DNA of 64,000 nt. It comes from Vulcanimicrobiota bacterium. GTDB lineage: Bacteria; Vulcanimicrobiota; Vulcanimicrobiia; Vulcanimicrobiales; Vulcanimicrobiaceae. Position 1 is the first letter of the stretch. Each line of letters begins with the position of its first letter. The notes under the pieces are model-generated. The model searched no databases. It was not told where the DNA came from and was given only the letters and a program-made list of their open reading frames with translations. The stretch is taken from positions 320,001 through 384,000 of the forward strand of contig CAWHWQ010000001.1 in NCBI GenBank assembly GCA_963833095.1, given 5' to 3'. Both the position numbers and the translations under genes were made by a program. Shown here piece after piece: positions 1 through 10,097 of this stretch.

Positions 1-242
1 GTTAGCGCGAACTTGTTCCAGCACTTCAAGTCCGGAGATCTTCGGCAGCTTGAGGTCGAGCAGGATCAGCTGCGGCAAGCCCCTCGCACCGGTTTGCGCT
101 TGGCTGAAAAGAAACTCGCACGCTTCGGCGCCGTCGCGCAGCACGACGACCTCGTTGATGATGTGATTCTTCGCGAAGGCGCGCTGCGTGAGTTCGATAT
201 CGTCCGGGTTGTCTTCGACGAGCAGAATGTACGGCTTTCCAT
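1..242 (-). CDS. Single-domain response regulator (Rcp1/CheY-like), truncated by the window edge; one indel near 228
   Basis: Joining frames gives MESRT(I)[17 protein letters not shown]...[17 protein letters not shown], a receiver domain; lies directly downstream of a histidine kinase. Confidence 0.85.
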
Positions 243-252
243 CGAGTCCGGC

Positions 253-2196
253 TTACGATCCGGATGCGGGCGGAAGCGTGAAATAGAACGTCGCGCCGGC
301 TCCGAGCGCACCTTCGGCGCGAATGCTTCCCCCGTGCCGGTGGATGATGCGTGCGACGGTCGCCAGACCGATTCCCGTTCCCTCGTACTCCTCGAAGGCG
401 TGAAGCCGTTGAAAAGCCCCGAAGAGCTTGTTCGGCGTAGGCCATGTCGAAGCCGGCGCCATTGTCCCGCACGAAGAACTCGCCCTCGTCGTTCCGTCCC
501 GAACTCGATCCGCGCGCGCCGGTGTGTCGCGCGTGAATTTCCACGCATTGCCGAGCAGGTTCTCCAACACGCTCGCAGCAGATTCGGCTCGCCGTGGGCC
601 GAAAGGCCCGGCTCGACGACGAACTCGACGATGCGCTCCGGGTCGCGCTCGCGCAACTCGGCGACGAAAGCGCCTCGACGATGCCGAAAGTCGACGTGGC
701 GTAAAGACGATCGCCGCGCGCGCGACGCGGCGAAAGTTGCAGCAGCGCGTCGATCAGATCGGCCATGCGTTGCGCGGCCTTGCGAACGCGATCCAAGTAG
801 TTGCGGGCGCGATCGTCGAGCTGATCGTTGTAATCCTCGACCAGCGCATGCTGAAAGTCCGTCGATGGCGCGCAGCGGCGCGCGAAGATCGTGCGACACG
901 GAATACGAGAACGACTCCAGCTCCTTGTTCGCAAGTTCGAGCTGCTTGCGTGCGTTCTTCGACGCGCCGTTCCAGCTCGACGTTGAGGTCGAGAATGCGC
1001 TTCTGCTCCGTCTTGCGCGCGCGTGATGTCGCGAACGTAGGCCGCGACGCCGTCGCTGAACGGGATAGAGCCGCGAAACTCGTACCAGCGATCGTTGTAT
1101 AGTGATTCTCGAAGGTTTGCGCGGCGCCGGTCGTGCAGCGCCGTCCTGAAAATCGCGAGCGCTCGCTCGCCGCATCGCTCGGCGGCCGCGTGACGTCTGC
1201 CAGCGACATCCCGATCATCTCCGACGGGTCGAAGCCCCAGAAGCGCGCCATGCGCGCGTTGACGTACGTGATCCGCAGGTCGCGATCGACCGAGACGAAC
1301 GCGTCGCGTATGCTCTCGATCACCTGGCGCATGCGCTGATTGGAATGGTTGCGTGCCGGCGGCCTCGGCGATCGTCTGCGCGATCGATTCGACGAAGCGC
1401 ACGTCGCCGACCGCGAAGGTGCGCGGCTGCGTCGCGTAGGCGAGGATCGCCCCGATCGGCTGCTTGGGCGGTGCCGATCAAGGGCACGCAGACGCAGGCT
1501 CGCGCGCCGCCGGATTCGAGCTGCCGAGCGACCGCGCGCGCGGATCGACGCGCAGGTCGGTCGAGACGAACGGTTCGCCGGTCCGCACGACGTGCTGCGA
1601 GGTGCCCGAGCGCGGACGCGGCGGATCGAAGGCGACGCGCGCGGCCTCCGATCCCTCGCTGCGATACCGCGAAGCGTTCCGGCGGACGATCGTAATCGTA
1701 CGACTTCGACGATCGGCGCGTCGAGAACGTCGCGAACCAGATCGAGCGCGTCGAGCATCAATTGCTCGAAGGAGAGCCCGCCGAGCGCCAGAGCGCCCGA
1801 AGTCGATGATCGCCCGCTGCCGCCGCGCGTTGCGCTCGACTTCGCGCTGCGCTTCGATGCGCGAGCTGACGTCGCGAAAGTACACCGAGAGGCCGTCGGG
1901 CGACGGGATAGGCTTTGACCTCGAACCAGCACTCCGACGGTGATCGAGTACTCGACGAATTGCACCGGCCGTTTGCTCGCGCATCGCGCGGACGTACTCG
2001 CGTTCGAAGAGCCGGCCGCGCGCCTTGGGAAACGTCGAGCCAGAATGCGCCGATCGGATTCGGGTCGACGCTGCAGCAGCTTGCGCGCCTGCGCGTTCAT
2101 GTATGCGATGCGCCAATGGGCGTCCAACGCAAAAAAACCGTCGGTGATGCGTTCAAGGACGAGTGACAGGTCGGGCCGCAGCGCTGCATCGGCCAT
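253..2196 (-). CDS. PAS/GAF/PAS sensor histidine kinase, multiply frameshifted in this sequence
   Basis: Pieces in different frames: PAS ([18 protein letters not shown]), H-box ([16 protein letters not shown]), N/G boxes ([24 protein letters not shown]). Confidence 0.85.
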
Positions 2197-2262
2197 GGGT
2201 AATGCTTCTTCTGCACGCGGGGTGGAACCCGCCCGGCGTAGGGGTCTTGCGCAGGGGAGACA

Positions 2263-2292
2263 GCCGCAGGAAGGTCCGCCGCAGGAAGGTCC
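2263..2292. repeat. Perfect 15-bp tandem direct repeat GCCGCAGGAAGGTCC x2 in a divergent intergenic region
   Basis: Read directly at 2263-2277 and 2278-2292. Confidence 0.85.
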
Positions 2293-2338
2293 CGATCTTA
2301 AGTAATGACGGTGGCCGAGTCGATGATAGGTAGGTAGA

Positions 2339-3007
2339 ATGCTGAACGACCTGATCACCTTTTTCACCGGGGCGCCTCAGAACCGGCGCAAATATGCGCG
2401 CCGTACTGGGCCATTTCCGGCGTGGGTAGCGATCGGGACGCAGTGGACGAATTGCGCGTGTTTGGACATTTCGGGCAGTGGCATGGGCGTGGTCTGTCCG
2501 GCCGCGGTCCCCGAAGAGGCCAACTTTCGGGTCCAGCTCGAAGGCCGCAACATCGTCATCCGCGCCAAACGCGTGTGGCAGCAGCCCGGAACGGCCCAGG
2601 GCAAGCCGGCCTGGCGCTATGGTCTGACCTTTACCGGCATCAGCGCCGACGATTGGGACGCGGTCATACGTTTTTCAAACAGCGATTCGGTCGCAGTCGA
2701 CAACAAGGCGCAAAAAGACCTCGAACTGGTGCGCCTCAAGGCCGATGACGTCGCGCGGCTCATCCCCAAGAAACTGCAAGACACGATGCTCAGCATGCTC
2801 GTTCAAAAAGGCCGCCTTGCGCCCATCGACGAGAAGACGCCGCTCGTGCAGTATTCGTACGGCGGGGTCGTCAAGCGAAATGGACGCGCCCTACACCGGC
2901 TCTCGATCCATTCGCGCCTACGCGATGCCGCGACCAACGAAGTGAAGGCGTTCGATACGCGCTTCTTCTTCGACGATCAAGGCGGCAACGTTGCAATGGA
3001 CGAGTAG
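2339..3007 (+). CDS. PilZ-domain (c-di-GMP-binding) protein with an unknown C-terminal domain
   Basis: RRKYARR (RxxxR) and DISGSG (D/NxSxxG) motifs. Confidence 0.8.
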   Translation: MLNDLITFFTGAPQNRRKYARRTGPFPAWVAIGTQWTNCACLDISGSGMGVVCPAAVPEEANFRVQLEGRNIVIRAKRVWQQPGTAQGKPAWRYGLTFTGISADDWDAVIRFSNSDSVAVDNKAQKDLELVRLKADDVARLIPKKLQDTMLSMLVQKGRLAPIDEKTPLVQYSYGGVVKRNGRALHRLSIHSRLRDAATNEVKAFDTRFFFDDQGGNVAMDE

Positions 3008-4203
3008 CGCCGAAGCATCTTAGCGAACGAATCGAGCACCGCGTCAACCGCGGGGCGGCGATACGTCCACATCGGTTCTCGGGCGGATAGCGCACCGCCA
3101 TCGTCGCGTTACTTTCAAAAACGACGACCGCTCCGCGCTGATCCAGCGTAAAATCGATCCCGGCGTAATCCAACCTCAGCGTCTGGGCGATGCGTCCTAA
3201 CGCGTCCCAGGCACGCCCGCCCAGAACAGCCGCGGGATCGCGCAAAAAGACAGCTTCGCGCTCACGGTAAGCCGGTTGCGCCGCCATTTCGCGCTGAAGT
3301 AATGCACTTTCCAATCGCGCGAGATCGCGAGATGCAGCGGATAAAGGCGCCCATCCACCACCATGACACGGTATTTCGCGTACGCACCGCTTGCGTCGCG
3401 CGTGTCGAGAAAGCTGATGGCGAAGAGCCGGTCTCCGGGCAACTGCGCGAGCGCGGCATCCAGGTCTTCCAACCGGTCGACGCGAGCGAAATGCTCGCCC
3501 GCGTGATAGCCCGGTGCGCGCAACAAGATGGGGAGCCGGCGCTTCGCGCGGCGTCGCGAGCGATCGACGTGATCGCCGGGGCAACGACACCGTCGATCCC
3601 CGCAAGGCGGTGGCCTTGCTCCACGCGCCCGGTGCGTTCGACGCATTCGGGATCGTTGAGCACCCGCTTGTCCGTTGTGGCCAGGAGCGTTCGCACCGTC
3701 GCGAGCGCGTCGGCTGAACTGTCCGCATCGCCGACCGCGTTGAACACCACGTCGTGCGCGGGCAACGGTTCGCCGGGCTGATGAAGTTCGACCGCAAGCT
3801 TGGTCACCGCGAATATCCGATCGTCGAAGAGGCGTTCGGTGACAACGTTCCCGCTCCCAAGCGTGATCGGCACCAGCACGCGAACTGGTGTCCCCGTCCC
3901 GCGAAAGGGCAGCGTCGTCACCGAGTCGCCCCTGGCGGCGATTCCGCATTGGGTCTTGGCAACCGCGAGCCCACGCCGCGCCTCGGCATTTTGGGGATTG
4001 GCGCGCACGGCCGACTCATATACTTCCAAAGCGCGCGCCGGCTCGCCGCGCAGGATATAGAAGTAGCCCGCATTGGTCAGCGCCAGCGAGCTGTGCGGGA
4101 ACCGCTGGGCCGATTCAAGCGCCAGCTCGAATGCGTCCTGCGATCTCCCCGCGCGGTACAGGCGCTCCACCTGGCCCGCCAGGCTCTCCGGCGTACTATC
4201 CAC
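2977..4203 (-). CDS. TPR-repeat plus ATP-grasp-like protein (frameshifted)
   Basis: N-terminal TPR helices; C-terminal pieces across frames (PILLRAPGYHAG, KYRVMVVDG, LDYAGIDF...VVFESNATM) resemble an ATP-grasp fold; stop reconstructed at 2977. Confidence 0.65.
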
Positions 4204-4276
4204 GATTTGGTTTTACCAAGCAGATGTTCGGCGCGCCTTCCAGGGACGCACGCCGCCTCGCGCGCAATCTGGTCGG

Positions 4277-4479
4277 ATGAAACGAAATGCTTGGTGGAAT
4301 CTACTCTTACTCATTCCGTTCGTCGCAACGTTGTTTCCCAGTTTTATAATCAGCTCGATCCGCCGCTCTTCGGCATGCCGTTCTTCTACTGGTATCAGCT
4401 TGCGTGGACGATCGGTTCAGGCGTACTGCTCGCGATCTACATCGCCGTGACGCGCGGAGGAGCATCGAATGCACGCTAG
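4277..4479 (+). CDS. Small membrane protein, DUF3311-like partner of solute:sodium symporters (one indel near 4340)
   Basis: MKRNAWWNLLLLIPFVATLFP/FYNQLDPPLFGMPFFYWYQLAW; overlaps the start of the downstream permease. Confidence 0.8.
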
Positions 4480-5971
4480 TTCGATCATCCTCATCGTTCT
4501 CGTGCTCGCCGTGACCGTACTCGGGTTTGCCGCCGCACGCTGGCGCACGGCCGGCTCACTTGCGAACATGGATGAGTGGGCGCTGGGCGGGCGCAGCTTC
4601 GGCACCGTCATCTCGTGGTTTCTCATCGGCGGCGATCTATACACCGCGTACACGTTTATCGCGGTGCCTGCGCTCGCCTACGCCGCAGGGCCGGTGGCGT
4701 TTTTTGCGCTCCCGTACACCATCGTGGCCTATCCGTTCGGCATCTTGGTACTGACGCGGTTCTGGAGCGTCGCGCGCACGCGCGGCTACATCACGGCCGC
4801 GGACTTCGTGCGCGATCGTTTCGGCGATCGCTGGCTCGAGCTCGCGATGGCAGTCACGGGGGTCCTTGCCGTGCTTCCGTACATCGCCCTGCAGCTCGTG
4901 GGTATGAAAGTTGTCTTCCTGCAGCTCGGCGGCGGATTTGCGGCCGGCGGAGGAACGCTGGCGCTTGCAATTTCGTTTGTGCTGCTCGCCGCGTACACGT
5001 ACACCAGCGGTTTACGTGCCCCGGCGTTGATCGCGTTCATCAAGGACACGCTGATCTACCTGACGATCATCTGTGCGGTCATTGCGATCACGCATATGTT
5101 CGGCGGATGGGCCGGCATCTTCGATGCAGCCGGCAAAGCGCTCGCGGCCAAGCCCAAGCCGGCTACCTTGCTACTCCCGCCGCCGTCCTACTTCACCTAT
5201 GGCTCGCTGGCACTGGGATCGGCGCTCGCACTCTTCATCTATCCGCACTCGATTACGTCGATACTCTCGGCCAAGAGCCGGACCGTCGTGCAACGCAACA
5301 TGGCGCTGTTGCCGATCTACTCGCTGATGCTCGGGTTCCTCGCGCTGCTCGGCTATGCCGGGCTCGCCGCCGGAATCAAGACGACGAATCCCCAACAAGT
5401 CGTCCCGATGCTCTTCGCGCAGATCTTCCCGGATTGGTTTGTCGGTGTCGCCTACGCGGCGATCGTCATCGGCGCGCTCGTCCCGGCGGCAATCATGGCG
5501 ATCGGTGGCGCAAATCTCTTCGCCAGCAACATTTTCCGGCAGTTCTCGGCACAGCGTGACTCGCTCGAGACGACAACCGCGAAAATTCTCACGCTGGTGA
5601 TTTGCCTGTTCGCGCTACTCTTCGTGATCTTCATCACGCCTCAGTACGCGATCGGCTTTCAATTCCTGGGCGGCGCGTGGATTCTGCAGACGTTCCCGGC
5701 CTTCGTTATCGGCCTGTTCACCCGCTGGTTCAATCCCAAAGCGCTACTCCTGGGTTGGGCCGTGGGGATCGCGGCCGGCACATACATGGCCATTCAAACG
5801 AACTTCACTGCGGCGTTTCCCTTGCATCTCTTCGGCGGGACGCTCGTCGGCTATGGGCCGTTCTACGCGTTGTTGCTCAATCTCATCGTAACGATCGTTG
5901 CAACACCGCTCTTTAATGCGGCCGGAAGCACCCGCGGTGCCGACGCAACGACCACCGCGGATTACGCGTAG
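4469..5971 (+). CDS. Sodium:solute symporter, MctP-like monocarboxylate permease
   Basis: 500-aa polytopic membrane protein with EWALGGRSFG...WFLIGGDLYTAYTFIAVP. Confidence 0.9.
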   Translation: MHASSIILIVLVLAVTVLGFAAARWRTAGSLANMDEWALGGRSFGTVISWFLIGGDLYTAYTFIAVPALAYAAGPVAFFALPYTIVAYPFGILVLTRFWSVARTRGYITAADFVRDRFGDRWLELAMAVTGVLAVLPYIALQLVGMKVVFLQLGGGFAAGGGTLALAISFVLLAAYTYTSGLRAPALIAFIKDTLIYLTIICAVIAITHMFGGWAGIFDAAGKALAAKPKPATLLLPPPSYFTYGSLALGSALALFIYPHSITSILSAKSRTVVQRNMALLPIYSLMLGFLALLGYAGLAAGIKTTNPQQVVPMLFAQIFPDWFVGVAYAAIVIGALVPAAIMAIGGANLFASNIFRQFSAQRDSLETTTAKILTLVICLFALLFVIFITPQYAIGFQFLGGAWILQTFPAFVIGLFTRWFNPKALLLGWAVGIAAGTYMAIQTNFTAAFPLHLFGGTLVGYGPFYALLLNLIVTIVATPLFNAAGSTRGADATTTADYA

Positions 5972-5985
5972 CGCGAGCTACGAAT

Positions 5986-6046
5986 AAAAAGCTCCGGTTT
6001 TGTTCAGGCCTAGGCGCCAAGGGCCAGACGAAACCGGAGCCTTTTT
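5986..6046. terminator. Putative bidirectional intrinsic terminator / long hairpin between convergent genes
   Basis: A5-GCTCCGGTTT(5991-6000)...AAACCGGAGC(6031-6040)-C-T5 with further inner pairing. Confidence 0.7.
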
Positions 6047-6224
6047 ACGCGTAGACGTCGATGTTCTGCCCAACGCCGATCGCGCGAAAATAACGAACGA
6101 CATCGGGCGGATCGTGCGGGAGACGCACGGGCCCGAGGCCCTTGTTCGAGCCGACAGCTCGCAGGGCTTGACGATATTGATCCAGCGCCCAGGCGACCGA
6201 GATCGTCACCGCATTTAAAGCCAT
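6045..6224 (-). CDS. Small 59-aa protein with a YjfB-like C-terminus
   Basis: GGAGAG RBS before ATG at 6224; ends [10 protein letters not shown] immediately before the terminator hairpin. Confidence 0.55.
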   Translation of the reverse strand: MALNAVTISVAWALDQYRQALRAVGSNKGLGPVRLPHDPPDVVRYFRAIGVGQNIDVYA

Positions 6225-6258
6225 TCGCTCTCCGATTCGGCCGCTGCGGTAAACGTCC

Positions 6259-6288
6259 TTGACGGGCGGGGGCTCGGCGTGCGATACT
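6259..6288 (+). promoter_or_regulatory. Sigma70-type promoter for the DEAD-box helicase
   Basis: TTGACG-N18-GATACT with extended -10 TG. Confidence 0.55.
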
Positions 6289-6359
6289 GCGTCGACCCCC
6301 TCCGCGCGAATCTTTCGGAATGCGATCGAGTTGCGCACACTCGAAAGATCAATTTACAA

Positions 6360-7554
6360 ATTCCAAATTTTGAACAGCTCGGCTTGCAGCCGGAGCTGCT
6401 GCGCGCCGTGAACGACCTCGGGTTCACCGAGCCCACCCCCATTCAAGAGCTCGCGATCCCGCCGGCCTTCGAAGGCCGCGACGTTCTCGCGAGCGCCCAA
6501 ACCGGCAGCGGCAAATCGGCCGCCTTCGGTCTGCCGATCGTGCAGACGCTGATCGGACCTGCCGCGCGGCAAGACCCGCGCGCTGATCCTCGCGCCGACG
6601 CGCGAACTCGCCGAGCAGATCACCGGCGCACCTCACCGCGCTTGCCAAACACACCAACGTTCGCGTCGCGGCCGTCTACGGCGGCGTCGGCTTCGGCCCG
6701 CAAATCGGCGCGTTCAAGCGCGGCGCCGACATCATCGTCGCGACGCCCGGCCGCCTGATCGATCATCTCGCGCAGAGGAACCGCCTCGCTCGACGACATC
6801 ATCGAGTTCCTCGTCACTCGACGAAGCCGACCGCATGCTCGACATGGGCTTTCTGCCCACGGTGCGCCGCATTCTGCGCGTGCATGCCGACCAAACGTCA
6901 GACGCTGTTCTTCTCGGCCACGCTGCCCGCCGGAGATCGCGGCGCTCATGCAACGACATGCTGCAGAACCCGGTCCGCGTCGACCTCGCCGCCGACCAAG
7001 CGCCGGTCGAATCGCTCACGCAGACGCGTCTACGCCGTCGCCCAGGAGCAGAAGACACGATCTGCTCCTCGAGCTGCTCAAAGACAACAACATCTTCAGC
7101 GCGATCGCGTTCACGCGCACCAAAGCGCGCGCCAACCGGCTCGCGGCGCATCTGGCCAAAAGCAACATTCCCTCCGACGTGATTCACGGCGATCGCTCGC
7201 AAGCGCAGCGCACGCGCGCGCTGCGAGACTTCAAGCGCGGCAAGTTCCGCGTGCTGGTCGCGACCGACATCGCGGCGCGCGGCATCGACATCGCCGAACT
7301 CGGTCACGTGGTCAACTTCGACGTGCCGATGGTCCCCGAAGATTACGTCCACCGCGTCGGCCGCACCGCCCGCGCCAAGGCGACCGGCGATGCGATCACG
7401 TTCGTCGCCTCCGACGAAGAGCCGCTGATCCAGCAAGATCGAGTACCTGATCGGGCGGACCCTCGAACGCGAAATCAACCCGCTCTTCCCCGACGTTCCC
7501 GCCGTCGCGCCCAAGCCCCGCGTCGTTTACCAGTCGCGGCGCCGTCGCCGCTAA
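6360..7554 (+). CDS. DEAD-box ATP-dependent RNA helicase (RhlE-like), frameshifted in this sequence; probable ATT start
   Basis: Q motif (GFTEPTPIQ), [50 protein letters not shown]; basic tail YQSRRRRR*. Confidence 0.9.
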
Positions 7555-7557
7555 GCC

Positions 7558-8316
7558 TTAAGACCCGCCCCCGCTCGGACCAAACCGTTCGGTTTTGATC
7601 CGCTGCGCGTCATGACCGGCCGCGATCAAGAGATTCGCGGCCGTTTCTACAAACGGCGTCGGGCCGCACACATAACACAGCGGCTTGCGTTCCGGTGCAA
7701 AAACCGCAGCGCCCAGGATTTGCGCGTCAATCCGCCGCGGCGAGGTTGGCCAACCGTCGGGCGCGATACGCGTGTACGCGTAGGTGACGCCGAGATCCGC
7801 ATCATGCGCGATACGTTGCCGTAGTTCGTCCCCGTAAAGGATCGCCTGGGGTGAGCGCACCGAATAGAGTAAACGAAACGGTGCGGCGTTGTTCGCTTGC
7901 GCGCGCGTTCGAATCATCGCCATCAGCGGTACGATGCCCGATCCGCCGGCCACGAGTTGTACTGGCTCGATTTGCGCAGGCTGCCAGACAAACCATCCGC
8001 CGATCGGTCCGCGAATCTCGAGTGGGTCACCGGGTGCGACCATTTCCGCGAGATACGGCGAGACCTCGCCGTCGGCAAGCTCTTCAATCGTGAGTTCGAG
8101 ACGATTTCCCCCCGGCGCATTGGCGATCGAGTACGAACGCGCGGCAGTGTAGCCGTCGGGCGCGGTGAGACGCACGTCCACGTGCTGTCCAGCCTCGTGA
8201 CCCGGCCAATCCGGCACGTCGAGCACCAGCGTGTGCGCTGTGGCGGATTCACGCTGACGTTTGATCAGCGTGCCGGTGCGCCAGACTAATCCCCCGTGTA
8301 TCGCTGTTCCCGCCAC
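7558..8316 (-). CDS. FAD/NAD(P)-binding ferredoxin-reductase-family oxidoreductase
   Basis: RSYSIA, GEVSPYL, AGGSGIVP, YVCGP motifs; GTG start overlapping the upstream gene. Confidence 0.9.
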   Translation of the reverse strand: MAGTAIHGGLVWRTGTLIKRQRESATAHTLVLDVPDWPGHEAGQHVDVRLTAPDGYTAARSYSIANAPGGNRLELTIEELADGEVSPYLAEMVAPGDPLEIRGPIGGWFVWQPAQIEPVQLVAGGSGIVPLMAMIRTRAQANNAAPFRLLYSVRSPQAILYGDELRQRIAHDADLGVTYAYTRIAPDGWPTSPRRIDAQILGAAVFAPERKPLCYVCGPTPFVETAANLLIAAGHDAQRIKTERFGPSGGGS

Positions 8317-8900
8317 GGGTCGCCATACATGTTGTAGCCAAGTTGTTCCCAAAAGCCGGGTTCATCTTGCGGCATCAGCGTGAGTCCCTTCACCCATTTC
8401 GCGCTCTTCCAAAAATACAGATGCGGCACGAGCAGTCGCGCCGGTCCTCCGTGCTCCGGCTCGAGCTCCTCTCCTCCGTAGCGAAAGGCCACCCACGCTT
8501 TCCCTTCACGCAAATCCGCGAGTGGAACGTTGGTCGTGTAGCCGCCGTATGAGTGCGCCATCGCGAATTTTGCGGTGGTTTGCACACCGTCCAGCAAGGT
8601 GTCGATTGCGATGCCTTCCCAGGTGGTGTCGAATTTCGACCAGCGTGTCACGCAGTGGATGTCGGTCGTGATCGTGACACTCGGCAGCGCGCGAAACGCG
8701 GCCCAATTCCAGCGGCGAACATCACCGGTCTCTGTCGTGAGCGTAAACTCCCATCGGTCAAGCGGAATGCTCGGCGTCGCCGTAGCCGAGAGCACGGGAA
8801 AATCGTGGGTGAGATATTGGCCAGGAGGAAGCTTTGTGCCGGCCTGAGGTCTGCGCCCCGTAAAACCGCGCGAAACGATTTTCTCTTCGCTCATGCCCAT
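8286..8900 (-). CDS. Sulfite-oxidase-like molybdopterin-binding oxidoreductase (YuiH/MsrP-like)
   Basis: LPPGQ, DIHCVTRWS, HGGPARLLVPHLYFWKSAKW, GFWE. Confidence 0.9.
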   Translation of the reverse strand: MGMSEEKIVSRGFTGRRPQAGTKLPPGQYLTHDFPVLSATATPSIPLDRWEFTLTTETGDVRRWNWAAFRALPSVTITTDIHCVTRWSKFDTTWEGIAIDTLLDGVQTTAKFAMAHSYGGYTTNVPLADLREGKAWVAFRYGGEELEPEHGGPARLLVPHLYFWKSAKWVKGLTLMPQDEPGFWEQLGYNMYGDPWREQRYTGD

Positions 8901-9172
8901 GGTGATTGGCTGCGATTAGGCGCTGCTCTTGTCCGCGAGCCTTTCAATTTTTCGGGGCACCCAGCCGCCGTTCAAAAGCCGGTCGTCGGGCGAGGCGACG
9001 TAAAACGGTTACCAGACTGTTCTTCGGAGGTCCATTACTCGCACTACCTGCCTATGCCGGGGCTCCAACAAGCACAACGCCCGGGCGTAGAAAAGCGCGC
9101 TCTCATTCTAGGAATCGCTCGGCTTCTCAGGAACGTGTCAAACGATTCGCAGTCCCGGGACACCGTAGTGTA

Positions 9173-10096
9173 ATGAAGATATCATCGAAATCGCCCGGGT
9201 GTCGTGCTACATTGCCGATCCAGTCGGTCTCGCACCTCACCAACCTGTCGGTGGACACGATTCGTGCCTGGGAGAAACGTTATGGCGCGGTGAGACCAGC
9301 ACGCGCTGCGGGCGGCCAGCGACTCTTCTCTCCCGAGGACATCGCACGTCTCGTCTTGCTCAAGGCAGCGGTTGAAGCCGGCGAGTCGATCTCTCACCTT
9401 GCGGCCCTCGGTGATCTGGAACTTCAGCGCTTCGTTCGCGCCGAGCAGCGCAGCGGCGAGAGCGACGACGCAGCGATCGCCAAGCTTTTGAAACGTACGC
9501 GCGCGATGGACGCGCGCGCGCTCGCGCACGACCTGTGCGCGATTTCCTTGCAGCGCTCGGCTATCGAGTTCGCCGACGACATCATCGCCCCGGTTATGGC
9601 TGAGATCACGCTGGAGTCACGAAGCGCCGACGAGGTGACCTCGCAGCATCTGCTGCTGTGCGAGTCGTTGCGCTTCGTCTCGATGGCCCTCTTTGCAAAA
9701 TACGAGCAGCCCTCCGCGACAGCAGCGATGCTCTTTCTCACTTTGCCCGGCGAAAGGCATGCGATTCCACCGCTTCTCGCCGCTCTTGTGGCGAGTGAAC
9801 TCGGCTATCAAGGAATCTTTGCCGGCACGGAGATTTCGCCGAGCCAGATCGTGCAACTCGCGACGTCACTGCATGTCGTCGGCCTGGGCATCTTCGCCGG
9901 CGTCGAGAGCCACGACGCATCTCGCCTCGTCGGCGAAGTTGCGAAGGCAATGCCCTTAGTTCCACTCTTCGTGGGGGGCGCCGGGCTCCGCAGGTCGAGC
10001 GCATTTCACGCGACGCAGTCAATGCATGAGTTTGCCGCCGTCCTCTCGCACGGCGGGCGAATTCTGGGCGCGAAACGCGCCGTGGCGAACGCCTAA
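9173..10096 (+). CDS. MerR-family regulator with a cobalamin-binding domain (CarH/LitR-like)
   Basis: HTH TIRAWEKRYG..RP.R..GGQRLFS; B12-binding-like PGERH and VGGAG; start uncertain. Confidence 0.75.
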   Translation: MKISSKSPGCRATLPIQSVSHLTNLSVDTIRAWEKRYGAVRPARAAGGQRLFSPEDIARLVLLKAAVEAGESISHLAALGDLELQRFVRAEQRSGESDDAAIAKLLKRTRAMDARALAHDLCAISLQRSAIEFADDIIAPVMAEITLESRSADEVTSQHLLLCESLRFVSMALFAKYEQPSATAAMLFLTLPGERHAIPPLLAALVASELGYQGIFAGTEISPSQIVQLATSLHVVGLGIFAGVESHDASRLVGEVAKAMPLVPLFVGGAGLRRSSAFHATQSMHEFAAVLSHGGRILGAKRAVANA

Positions 10097-10097
10097 A

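Noticed and set aside
13..1026. 337-aa plus-strand ORF, and similar long antisense ORFs (18332-19522, 21624-22850, 31013-32242, 56996-58126, 59651-60571)
   Set aside because: Shadow frames opposite well-supported genes in GC-rich DNA; no recognisable motifs
6000..6218. 72-aa plus-strand ORF
   Set aside because: Starts inside the terminator hairpin without an RBS; the minus-strand ORF 6045-6224 is better supported
253..7554. Calling the frameshifted genes pseudogenes or programmed frameshifts
   Set aside because: Motifs are intact and indels are scattered without slippery-site context, so sequencing error is more parsimonious
8916..9035. Short minus-strand reading MDLRRTVW*PFYVASPDD... with an in-frame TAA
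   Set aside because: No recognisable family, and TAA is not a recoded stop; insufficient support
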